Below are positions 1 through 10,126 of a stretch of 64,000 bases of DNA, in pieces. The notes under the pieces are model-generated. The model made no database searches and was not told the origin of the DNA. It worked only from the letters and a program-made list of their open reading frames with translations. Source of the DNA: Octopus vulgaris (taxonomy: Eukaryota); the NCBI GenBank assembly GCA_951406725.2, contig OX597840.1, positions 22,382,001-22,446,000 on the forward strand, given 5' to 3'. Position 1 is the first letter of the stretch; every line of letters begins with the position of its first letter. A program made the translations under genes and the position numbers.

Positions 1-1178
1 CAGCTTTGAAAGAAAACCGTTCACCTGAACGATTAAGTTGATGTCATACAATTGAATGATCCACCCAAGGACACCAAAACCCAGTCCGAACTGCGCAAGA
101 ACAGACACCAGGTAATGATGGTCAACCCTATCGAATGCTTTAGCTTGGTCTAAATGGACCAGTGCCCCACCCATGCCAGATTTACCATCAGATCCCTCTA
201 AGGTGTAACGTAGAAAGTGGAGATTATCCTGGATGCTTCTGCCAGGAACGGCACATGTCTGTGCCTTTCTGATCTGACCATCTGCAACACACACCAGCCT
301 TTTTGCTAATACCTTGGCCAAAATCTTCAACTCTGTGTTTAGCAGATTGATGGGCCTAAAATTATCTATGCTATCCCCCTTGTCCGAGTCCTTTCTGACC
401 AGTGTCACCACTCCTTGGCACACAGATCTGGGAATAATGCCATTCTACTGCCAGTTCGTGTAAACACTAGCCAGTAGATGCCCAAAAAAGTCTAGCATAC
501 TCTTATACAATTCGTAAGGCAGACCATCAAAACCTAGCACCTTACCAATGCCGCAGTCTGCTATAACCTCTATTACTTCTTCAGGTGTGATTGACCCTTC
601 ACAGCACCCTAAGAGGAAGTCCGAAAGGTCAAACCCACTATCTGGTCCATTGCTCCCCCGAAAAGCCTTACACATCTCCTCGGGTTCGTTTATCAACTCA
701 CCTTGTAGGTTCACCAAAGATCGAACTGTAGAATCATTTCTACGTTCGTTTTCCACCACTCGGACCCATCCAGCAGCCTTGATCCCCTCACAACCCACTG
801 CACGAAGTCTAGCTCTGACAATGCACCCCGTGTGTTTGGCTTCAAGGTGCTGGTTTAATTTCAGTCTCTTCACCTGGGATGCAGAGCCAGTTCCCATTGC
901 TTCCTCTGGGGCCTTAACTAATTCTAGTTCTCTCCTAGACTCTCTAGCCATTAAACCAATGCTATATCAAATAGTCTCAAATTTAATGGCTCGTTTGAGG
1001 GTGGACCACCATCTGTTTATAAGGGTTCCAATCAATGCCCTCTGGATTCACATCTTAATCCCGTCCCTGTACACTTCAATCACCAAAAGGGATGTATTGA
1101 GTTTCCGGTAGCTGGAACCTTGACTATATAGCCTTATCTGTGTTCAGCTTACAGGTAACTAGCTTGTGATCACTAGAC
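1..1178 (-). mobile_element. Decayed Tx1/L1-clade non-LTR retrotransposon ORF2 fragment (end of APE endonuclease to start of RT), runs off the window start
   Basis: Minus-strand translation gives SDHKLV (endonuclease end), YRKLNTSLL, GFDGLPYELYK, DNFRPINLLNTELKILAKVLAKRL and LVHLDQAKAFDRVDHHYL, motifs typical of L1/Tx1 ORF2. Reading frame is disrupted. Confidence 0.85.
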
Positions 1179-1222
1179 CCGGAAAACCCATCGCATCTTG
1201 ACCATGTCGACAATGGAATGTT

Positions 1223-1667
1223 ATGGTATTTCATTACGCAACCAAAATATACTATAAAGTATATTAAATGTAATTATTATGTTAGGATTATTTCTACAGA
1301 AATCCTAGCCAGGACTGATTTTTTGCTGCATTTCATATGAAGACATCAGATGTAAACAATGAGATCGAAGACAAACACGTGTAATGAGTGTCTATGCCAT
1401 AGTTCAGTTCTTGCCCCTTCATCAGCACCTCTGTATGTGGTGGCTATATAAGCAATGTGTTTGAAGGCAAGAGTGGGTTACGTGGGTGCTGATGAAGGGG
1501 CATAAAAATTTTTGCCTTCAATTTCATTGTTTGTTTACATCTGATGTCTTCACATGAAATGCAGCAAAAAACCGGGGCTGGCTAGGATTTCTGTAAAAAT
1601 AATCCTAACATAATAATAACATTTAATATACTTTATAGTATATTTTGGTTGCGTAATGAAATACCAT
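1223..1667. repeat. Fold-back (inverted) repeat about 445 bp, probably inverted pseudo-LTRs of a Penelope-like element
   Basis: 1223-1375 is the reverse complement of about 1510-1667, and inner 1411-1429 is complementary to 1484-1502. Contains TATATAA (1445) followed by CTGATGA. Confidence 0.75.
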
Positions 1668-1672
1668 GTACC

Positions 1673-1890
1673 TGAGCTGGCAGCATCATTAGCAAGCCAG
1701 GTGAAATGCTTAGCAGTATTTTGTCTGCCGTTATGTTCTGAGTTCAAATTCTGCTGAGGTCGACTTTGCTTTTCATCCTTTCAGGGTTGATTAAATAAGT
1801 ACCAGTTACGCACTGAAATTGATCTAATCGACTTAATCCTTTTGCTTGTCCCCTCTATGATTAATCCTCTGTGGGCAATAAAGAAATAAA
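1673..1890 (+). mobile_element. SINE family B (tRNA-like head, GCCTTTCATCC..GGGGTCGATAAA core)
   Basis: GAGCTGGCAG..TTAGC head, GAGTTCAAATTC B-box and shared core. More than 15 related copies in the window, e.g. near 4968, 7380 (-), 11548, 11760, 19030 (-), 32100 (-), 41575, 42713, 62928. Confidence 0.75.
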
Positions 1891-1957
1891 TGTTTACATA
1901 CCAGCTCCAGGAATGCATTTAATATGTAAATTGGTACATCCAATAACTTTACACTGC

Positions 1958-2165
1958 TGTATGCAGTGGCTATATAAGCAATGTGTTTGGAGGCAAGACT
2001 GGGTTAGATGGGTGCTGATGAAGGGGCAAGGACCCCCACCGAAATATGGCATAGACACTCCTTACCCATTTTTGTCTTCGGTCGAATTGTTTGTTTACAT
2101 CTGATGTCTGAATACAAAACGTAGCAAAAAGTGTTGATTGTAATTTCTGTAGAAATAACCTTGAC
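1958..2165 (+). repeat. Second copy of the TATA + hammerhead-like repeat seen at 1223-1667
   Basis: Shares GTGGCTATATAAGCAATGTGTTTG..GGGTGCTGATGAAGGGGCAAG..TTGTTTGTTTACATCTGATGTC with 1432-1600. Confidence 0.7.
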
Positions 2166-2932
2166 AAAATACTATTTTGGCTGGATATGCCTGGTTTAAA
2201 TGCTGAGGGGTAAAAGGGAGATTTAGGTATTTGAAGGATTTTTAAATAGGGTCTAGGTGTAAATGTAATTGGGTGGTTAAGAAACTTACTTTGTTTCCCA
2301 ACCATATGATCTTTGGTTCAGTCCCACTCTGCAGCACTTAGACAAATGCCTTCTGATATATCCCCAAACCAACCAAAGAATTGTGAGTGGATTTGGTTGA
2401 TGGAAACTGAAAGAAGCTTGCCATAAATGTGTAATATATATGCATCCCCATGAATTTTGCTTCCACAAGAATATATATTTCTTTATTGCCTACCGGGGGG
2501 GGGGGGTGAAATACCGCTAAGCATTTCGCCTGGCATGTGAATATTTCTGCCAGTTCACCGCTTTAATAATATTATAATATTTATTTCTTTTATTCCACAA
2601 AAATATTTTGTTGACATAGAATGAGCATTGTGGTAATAATGATAGTAATAATAAAATGATAATCCTTTCTACTATAGGCAGAATACCTGAAATTTGGGGG
2701 AGGGGACCAGTTGATTATATTGACCCCAGTGTTTCACTGGTACTTAATTTAGCCTTTGCTAGGTTTACTTTCAAGGCTTCTTGATTCTAAGTTTTGCTTT
2801 TCCACATTTATTATTTCTTCTAATGTCTTCAGTAGATTCAGCCAAGAGCACATTGGAATAGAGTTCTCTGGGTCTGGTGCTCTAAATAAGCAGAGATATG
2901 AGTTATGATGGACAGCATCGTTATTACCCTAT

Positions 2933-3165
2933 TTAACCCTTTAGCATTGAGATTAATCTGACAAATGTAATGTTTATTTATTCACCTTGTTTTGAATTAA
3001 TCAGGCACTATCTTAAAGCTTTGAGATTTGGATGAAGTGTTTGTTTGTTTTTAGAATGACATTGTAGTGTATGTGTGAGAGGTCAGATCTGGTTGTTTGT
3101 TTTGAACATAAAACAAGGTAGAATATACGAGGTGGATATAGCCAGTTTGAATGCTACAGAGTTAA
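2933..3165. mobile_element. piggyBac-like MITE family 1 (about 230 bp)
   Basis: Ends TTAA-CCCTTTAGCATT ... AATGCTA(A/C)AG(G/A)G-TTAA. Further copies near 13483, 20470, 26764, 30178, 32533, 32755, 36812, 37003, 39348, 39555, 47895 and 57860. Confidence 0.75.
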
Positions 3166-3636
3166 GCATCCATATTGTATTCTAGCATGTGTTGTACAAA
3201 CCACATACTATGGACCTTACAAATGAACATTGGCTTTCAACATGCTGACAACATTGTGTGTGCCTTGAACATCTGTTCACAAACTAGTAGTATTTATATT
3301 GTACATGATAAAACTAGTAATGGTTATTAAAATAAAGTGAGGCACAAGGTAGTCATTTATTTACAATGTATAAAGTAAATTTACAACTTTCTTCTTTATC
3401 AATTTTCTTATCATTTCACTGTTAAAAGCTTATACAATCCATTCTTCAAGTAAAATGTATAAATTATTGTACATGTTAGGCTGTGATACCTCACTTGCCA
3501 ATTAGGTGGGTGACAGACATAACATCTACTTAAGGGGGTGGGGACATTATGAAAAACAAAAAAAACCCAGTTAAGAACCTTCGCTCTATGACTTTGAGGC
3601 TGGTCCATTGGCCTGATGGAACAAATGTTTTATAGG

Positions 3637-3997
3637 TGCAGGCATGGCTGTGTGGTAAGTAGCTTGCTTACCAACCACATGGTTCTGGGTTCAGTCCCAC
3701 TGCATGGCACCTTGGGTCAGTGTCTTCTTGAACTGACCAAAGCCTTGTGAGTGGATTTGGTAGACAGAAACTGGAAGAAGCCCATGTATATTTATATATA
3801 TATATATATATATGTGTCTGTATTTGTCCTCCATCATTGCTTGACAACCGATGGTGTGTTTACGTCCCTGTAACTTAGCGGTTCGGCAAAAGAGACCAAT
3901 AGAATATGTACTAGGCTCACAAAGAATAAGTCCTGGGGTCGATTTGTTTGACTGAAGGCGGTGTTCCTGCATGGCTGCAGTCAAATGACTGAAACAA
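3637..3997 (+). mobile_element. SINE family A (tRNA-derived head GCAGGCATGGCTGTGTGGTAAG..GGTTCAGTCCC)
   Basis: Pol III A/B-box-like head, internal (TA)n/(TG)n and 3' GCATGGC..CAGTC..TGACTGAAACAA. About 20 copies on both strands, e.g. 8290 (-), 9531, 12089, 12630 (-), 14088 (-), 18050 (-), 20035, 25725 (-), 58210 (-). Confidence 0.8.
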
Positions 3998-4194
3998 ATA
4001 AGAGAATTAAAAAGAATGGTTGGTTTGAAAGTGAAATAGCTAATCAGAGATTGTCTTTCAGTAGATGTCTCTCAAGTGAAAAAAATATTCGGTCTTTCTG
4101 GCTTCACATACCAAAGCACACTGTGTCTCAAAAGGGTTAATCAGTTTTTCATCTTACTGTATAACATATATCAGACAACTTTAAGAGGAATTTT

Positions 4195-4755
4195 TTCCAT
4201 GCAGCAGTAGAGTCAGTCCTTTTACAAGGAGTAACAGCCTGGACACTTAAAAAAAACTGGAGCAGTCTTAAGAATGTATGTTGGAGAACTCAACCCACCA
4301 AGAAACAGCTGTATGGAGATCTCCTGCCTTTTTCCATTGTTATAAAGCATTTATTGTTATGATATTACGGCTGTCTTTTCTTAATTTAATATAACCAAGC
4401 TAAGCTTCTTAAACAGAAAAGTTGATATTTAAATAAATGGTTAGCCCCATATCTTGGGAGAACTCATCTTTCCAAGAAACAGCTGTATGGAGATGTTACA
4501 CTTTCCACAATCATAAGGCACTTGCACTTTGCGGGACATTTGTGGCTCGCTAAACAGCTGGCAAGTGACCTACTACAATGGATTTCAAAGCAACGATGTA
4601 CATGAGCAGGTCGTCTGATCACAACATATGTAGACCAACTCACCACATACTAGATGCCTTCTCAGCGATCTCCCTCAAATAATGCAGGACCGAGATGGAT
4701 GGCATTTGCAGATTTAAAGTTTCCAAGCAAGCTCAACCAACTGATAATGATGATA
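4195..4755 (+). mobile_element. Highly decayed 3' fragments of an RTE/RTE-X-like LINE
   Basis: Translates in pieces as AAVESVLL..AWTL, HPTKKQLYGDLLP, KKQLYGDV and RHLHFAGHLW. Ends in a TGATAATGATGAT tail. Confidence 0.55.
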
Positions 4756-5626
4756 CTTATGTGAAAGACCCTGCCATATTTGTATTTAAGTATGGTTAAC
4801 AGTCTCTTGAAGTATTTTCTTCAGCCATATTGTTGCTATTTCTAGCCAGTCATTAGATAATAATTTATAACTACTGAAGTACTAATACAATGTAGTTTAT
4901 AAATAAAACAATCTATACAGCAAACTTTTCAGCACTCAGGGTTCTGAATTAACAGGCATTATAGACAGCAAGCTGGCAGGGTCGTTAGCATACCAGGTGA
5001 AATGCTTAGTGGTAGTTCGTATGTCCTTACATTCTGAGTTCAAATTCCGCCGAGGTCGACTTTGCCTTTCATCCTTTCAGGGTTGATACGTACCAGTTGA
5101 CCTCTGTTAAGTTAATCAACTTAACTACTTCTGGGTATAAATATAAAAACTACACAACTTTGCCCTGTCAGACCAGTGTGGCAGAATAGGCTCATCAAAC
5201 AAATATGACCTTATGTTCAAATTCATGGCCTCCACATCAGTCTATGGTTGGTAGAGAGATGATGCTGAAGCCTTTGGCCTGCAGTGGATAGAACATAGGC
5301 AATCCAATAGGCCAAATGAAATTTTGTCCCCTTGACTAATGCCCCCAGGGCTGACTCCCGTTCTCCTTCTCTTACTACACATCTTTATAAATTAATATGT
5401 ATTTCGTCTTGCTGTGAAGTTAAGCCCCGAAGAGAGCCTTTTCTTATAGTTTGGAGATAAGAATCACACCAGCTGTTTTTTTTTTGGGGGGGGTTGCTTA
5501 ACATTTCACTGGAGTTGACTTATTCTCCAAAATGCCTACAATACAGTAGTTGAATACTCTTTATTATGTACTAGTTTTCTACTTGGGTTGATAGCAATCC
5601 TAAATAGATGTCATTTGGTATTGTAG

Positions 5627-5717
5627 CTGTTTTTATGCCCATTGCAGCCTCAGTGGTTGGGTTTCGACTTCTCCATGCGCCTCTCGTCTCTACCAGACAG
5701 TTTCTGCTCTTTCCAAG
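5627..5717 (+). other. Candidate 5' (targeting-peptide) exon of citrate synthase; 5' boundary uncertain
   Basis: Donor AAG|GTGACT at 5717/5718. The phase-0 frame reads ..ASRLYQTVSALSK and joins cleanly to exon 34537. Possible acceptor TTGTAG at 5626. Lies at the start of a CpG-retaining region. No in-frame ATG in the sequence as given. Confidence 0.4.
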
Positions 5718-6096
5718 GTGACTGTTTATTTATTTAGAGAGAAGGAGAGTCAATATTTACAGGGTCGAGATTTTGAAGGTTAAATGCGGAAGAGGAGGAG
5801 GAGGAGGTGGTGGTAGTAGTGAAGATGTGGTGAAGAGAGCGATGTAGTTAGTAGTGATGAGGGGGGAGATATGGCGAGGTTGTTTAATCCTAGGCCGGTT
5901 CTGATCAAAAAACATTCCAGTTGAGATCATTTATTTATTTATTTTTTCATTTTTATACATGTATCTTACATAAACTCTCACACACACCATTCAGTGTATC
6001 CTTATTTTTACTATATCATGCTGGATTTTAAGTCGATTTGACTGTTATTTCTAGTGTATTAAATGACCATTGTAGAGACTTCACGTGAGAAAGCTC

Positions 6097-6097
<1 letters not shown>

Positions 6098-6136
<39 letters not shown>
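6098..6136. repeat. (GAT)n microsatellite
   Basis: About 13 perfect TGA/GAT units; explains the poly-His in ORF 6081-6275. Confidence 0.9.
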
Positions 6137-6137
<1 letters not shown>

Positions 6138-7682
6138 GTAGTAGTTCAGGCGGTGGAAGTGGTGAAGATTAGCTATGGGAGGTAGGTGGGTGGGTTCCGA
6201 TGTTGTATTGCAGGGCGGGAAGAGATGTGGTTGACGAAGGGGAAATATTGAAGCAAGGGAGAGGGAGGCAGACACAAATGACTCGGATACTATTCGTCAG
6301 TTCGCCTCTCCCTCCCCCTCACTCAGGCAAGTTTCTCATTTCCTTTTTTCTTCTTCACTTCCCCCAACCCCCTCCTATTTCACATCAGTACTGCCGCCAC
6401 CCCCATCGTAATACTAGCATTGCTACCATCTTCATTGTACTTCTACCACCTTTCACTACTATTATTACTACTTTCATCGTATTACTACTACTATTACCAT
6501 CGCTACTACATTTACCAGCTCTGACACCAGGGAGACCTTCAAGCGGTTTAGTCAGGTGGATGGTCTTGCTAAGAAAATAGCAGCCAAAGTTGAAGAGGCA
6601 GGTTACAGCTAATAATATAGTCTTAAGTAAAGAAGGCACTCATTCATCTCATCCCTCCTGTTGGTGGCTGCGGCGGTGGGGGAGATGAATAAGCACTTTA
6701 AACAGCAGCAACACTGACACCACCACCACCATTACCATCGTAATTATCGCTACCACTATAACATCCACTGCTATCGTCACTCCCACCATGCCCACCATAC
6801 AGCTATTACTTGTATACTGCCTTTTCAAACACTACCACCGCTACACACAGCTGTTATTGTTATCACCACTATCGCTGCTAACATCATTCAATACTATTTC
6901 AAAGGAGTTTCTGGGTGGTCGTTTAATTTGCTAGAAAGTGCAGTTGAATCTTCCTCGAGTCACATCGTGCTGTCTTTGAAAGCACAGTGGATAATATATT
7001 TGTCGCTTCCTAGGATATAAAAGTCGATGGTGTGATCACAATCGGAAGGCTCTTGATTATAGATCAACCCGGTTATGGCTAAGGTGTGCGCGCGCATGTG
7101 GAGGAGGGGGCAGAGCACACACCCGCCCACGTGGTTGCTCAGTCTACTAGGAAAAGCAGCCATCGCTCCCTCATATCAAATTGCCGTGGAAAAAAAAACC
7201 CAAAAAAACATTGCAGGAACGTGTTGGATCATAAGTCTGCTTTAGACATGATTGATCTGGAACTAAACAATAGCTACTGTTACCCGACCACTAACACCCA
7301 TCATGCAACTATCGGTACTACACCGACACAATCACCATCACTGCCCTATTGACACTATTAAAGCTACTATTACTGTTACCTATTTCTTTATTACCCACAA
7401 GGGACTAAACATAGAGGGGACAAATAATGACAGACGTAGGTATTAAGTCAATTACATCGACCCCAGTGCGTAACTGGTACTTAATTTATCGACCCCGAAA
7501 GGATGAAAGGCAAAGTCGACCTCGGCGGAATTTGAACTCACAACGTGACGAAATACGGCTACGCATTTCGCCCGGCGTGCTAACGTTTCTGCCAGACCTC
7601 ACCATTCTACCCAACACACACTACACTATTATTATTACCTTTTACCACAATACTCATACTATATCAGCAAAGTACATGGGGT

Positions 7683-7718
<36 letters not shown>

Positions 7719-7977
7719 TCCCATCTTCTGCTGAGGGCTTATATGTCCCTGTATTAGACTATTTTCTATAGTCAATATACGATGAACGCTTATAAGCCTT
7801 AAAGCTTATTATATGCTTGTTTGAAAAGTGAGCTATTTGTGGTTTCTGAGATTAGTTGACTTCTATCTCTAGCAAAGCCGGTAATCTTCCAGTACCATCA
7901 TATTTTTAAAACTTGCCAGCACGGTTCGCGCGTTGAATAGACACTAATATTTATAAATTCTATTATTATTAATAATA

Positions 7978-8024
<47 letters not shown>

Positions 8025-8067
8025 CACACATACATGCACACTCACATATATATATATATATATATAT
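7978..8067. repeat. (TA)n/(CA)n compound microsatellite
   Basis: Directly visible. Confidence 0.9.
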
Positions 8068-8669
8068 TGTGTGTATACATAATCTTAGTATTTTGAAATG
8101 AAATTGTACAGAATGGTGCTGAAACTCTGAGTAGCTGTGAAAGTACTTTCAGTCTTATAAATTATATCATTATACTCTATAACATTTGAGCGTTTCTTCT
8201 ATTTCTTACTGTCAGTGTGCTACTATGTGCAGTTGTACATACTCATTCACTTGTGTGTGTGTGTAGATATATATGATAAGGGTGTCTTTTTTTACTCGTT
8301 CCAGTCATTAGACTGCAGCCATGCTGGGCACAACTTTGAATTTTCAGCTGAATGTATTGTACTTTTTATAAGCCTAGCACTTATTCTATCGGACTCTTTT
8401 GCTGAACCACTAAGTTACAGGGATGTAAACACACCAGCACTGGTTAAGTGATAGTGGGAGGACAAACACAAAGACACACACACAAACACATATATATGCA
8501 CATATACAACAGGCTTCTTTCAGTTTCCGTCTACCAAATTCACTCACAAGTCTTTTTGCTGGGCTGAGGCTATAATTAACCAGCATTAATAACGGGTAAA
8601 AGTGACTACAGCACCCACTTGGAATCTATATTCCTACCAATCAAAATTTGGAAATTTATATTATATATA

Positions 8670-9522
8670 TTGGGTCGTCCCATAAATAATGCAGTTTTTT
8701 TTTTATACTTCTTTCATTTTTCAAAATTAAGATGAGCAAAGTTCTTTAATTGAAAATATACTCTCCTTCATTTTCTACAATGCTCTTCCATCTCTCTAGT
8801 AGACTTGCAAGGCCCCTCTTCCAAATCCATTTGTCTATGATGAAAAATTCTCCATCACTGTTCTAACCTTGTTTACAGAATTCGAAGACTGCGCAATAAA
8901 TGATAATCAGATGGGGCAATGTCTAGCAAATATGGTGCGTAGGGCATCATTTCCTATTCAAACTGCTCCGGTCTTTCGAATATCATCCTCGCTGTATGTG
9001 ACCAAGCATTATCCTGATGGAAGAACACCTTTCGTCTTGAAACGAAAGATGGTTGTTTTTCTTCTAGCACTGACTTAAATGACCAAATCCAAGCCTCTCT
9101 ACTTGTTCCTCAACAGTTACAATGGGATTTTATTCCACTAAGGTTTGTAGGACTTCCTCGACGAGGTCTACAGATCTAGGCTGTAGTTTCCAGCTTCGAA
9201 CTTCTGGAACCACCATTGACACTGGCTTTCACTTATTCCAATCCCCATATAGTGTGTTAATATTCCTTGCACTTTGTGTTGTTGTCTTTATTGAACTCAT
9301 AAAGCAAAAAAAGTCGAATATGCTCCTTTCTCACTTCCATTACAGCTTTGAAAATATAACTTAAAATCGAACTGCACTCTTCAAAAATTATACTAAGAAT
9401 AAGTAAAAAGGGAAAATCACTACCTGCTTTTGTAGCAAGTTGATAGAGGTAGTTTATATTGTCCCCCTCTGACTTTTAGTTGATGCAATTGAAAAAGCCA
9501 CATTATTTATGGGATGACCCAA
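8670..9522 (-). mobile_element. Internally deleted mariner DNA transposon
   Basis: TIRs TTGGGTCGTCCCATAAATAATG / CATTATTTATGGGATGACCCAA flanked by TA. Minus-strand transposase remnants KEHIRLFLLYEFNK, FHQDNAWSHT, PYAPYLLDIAPSDYHL and WKRGLASLLERWKSIVENEGEYIFN*. Confidence 0.9.
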
Positions 9523-9914
9523 TATTATAGTTGCAGGCATAGCTGTATGGTAAGAAGCTTGCTTCCCAATAACATGGTTCCAGGTTCAGTCCCACTGTGT
9601 GACACCTTGGGCAAGTGTCGTCTACTATAGCCTCGGGCTGACGAAACCCTTTTAAGTGGATTTGGTAGATGGAAACTGAAAGAAGCCTGTCATATATGTG
9701 TATATTCATGTGTGCGTCTGTGTTTGTTCACCCCTCCACACCATCGCTTGACAACTGATGTTGGTTTGTTTATGTCCCTGTAACTTAGTTCAGCAAAAGA
9801 GACCGATACAATAAGTACCAGGCTTGCAAAAAATAACTCTAGGGGTTGATTTCTTTGACTAAAAGGTGGTGCTCCAACATGGCCTGCGCCAAATGCCTGA
9901 GACAAATAAAAGAA

Positions 9915-9952
<38 letters not shown>

Positions 9953-10089
9953 TTGGCAAACAAGGATTAGTGCTGTGTTCTCTCTCCTATGTTCCTCATG
10001 GAATAACTGACGTGTCACATGTGCAACAATCGGAATCTATGCTTCCTACTGGTGGTATACGTTGGTGCTTCTACTGGATTTTATAACTA

Positions 10090-10126
<37 letters not shown>

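Noticed and set aside
548-1111. 187-aa plus-strand ORF
   Set aside because: It is the antisense frame of the Tx1/L1 fragment and has no recognisable motif.
3637-3715. tRNA genes suggested by A/B-box motifs here and elsewhere
   Set aside because: They are SINE heads followed by a shared body. No complete cloverleaf is evident and the copies are degenerate.
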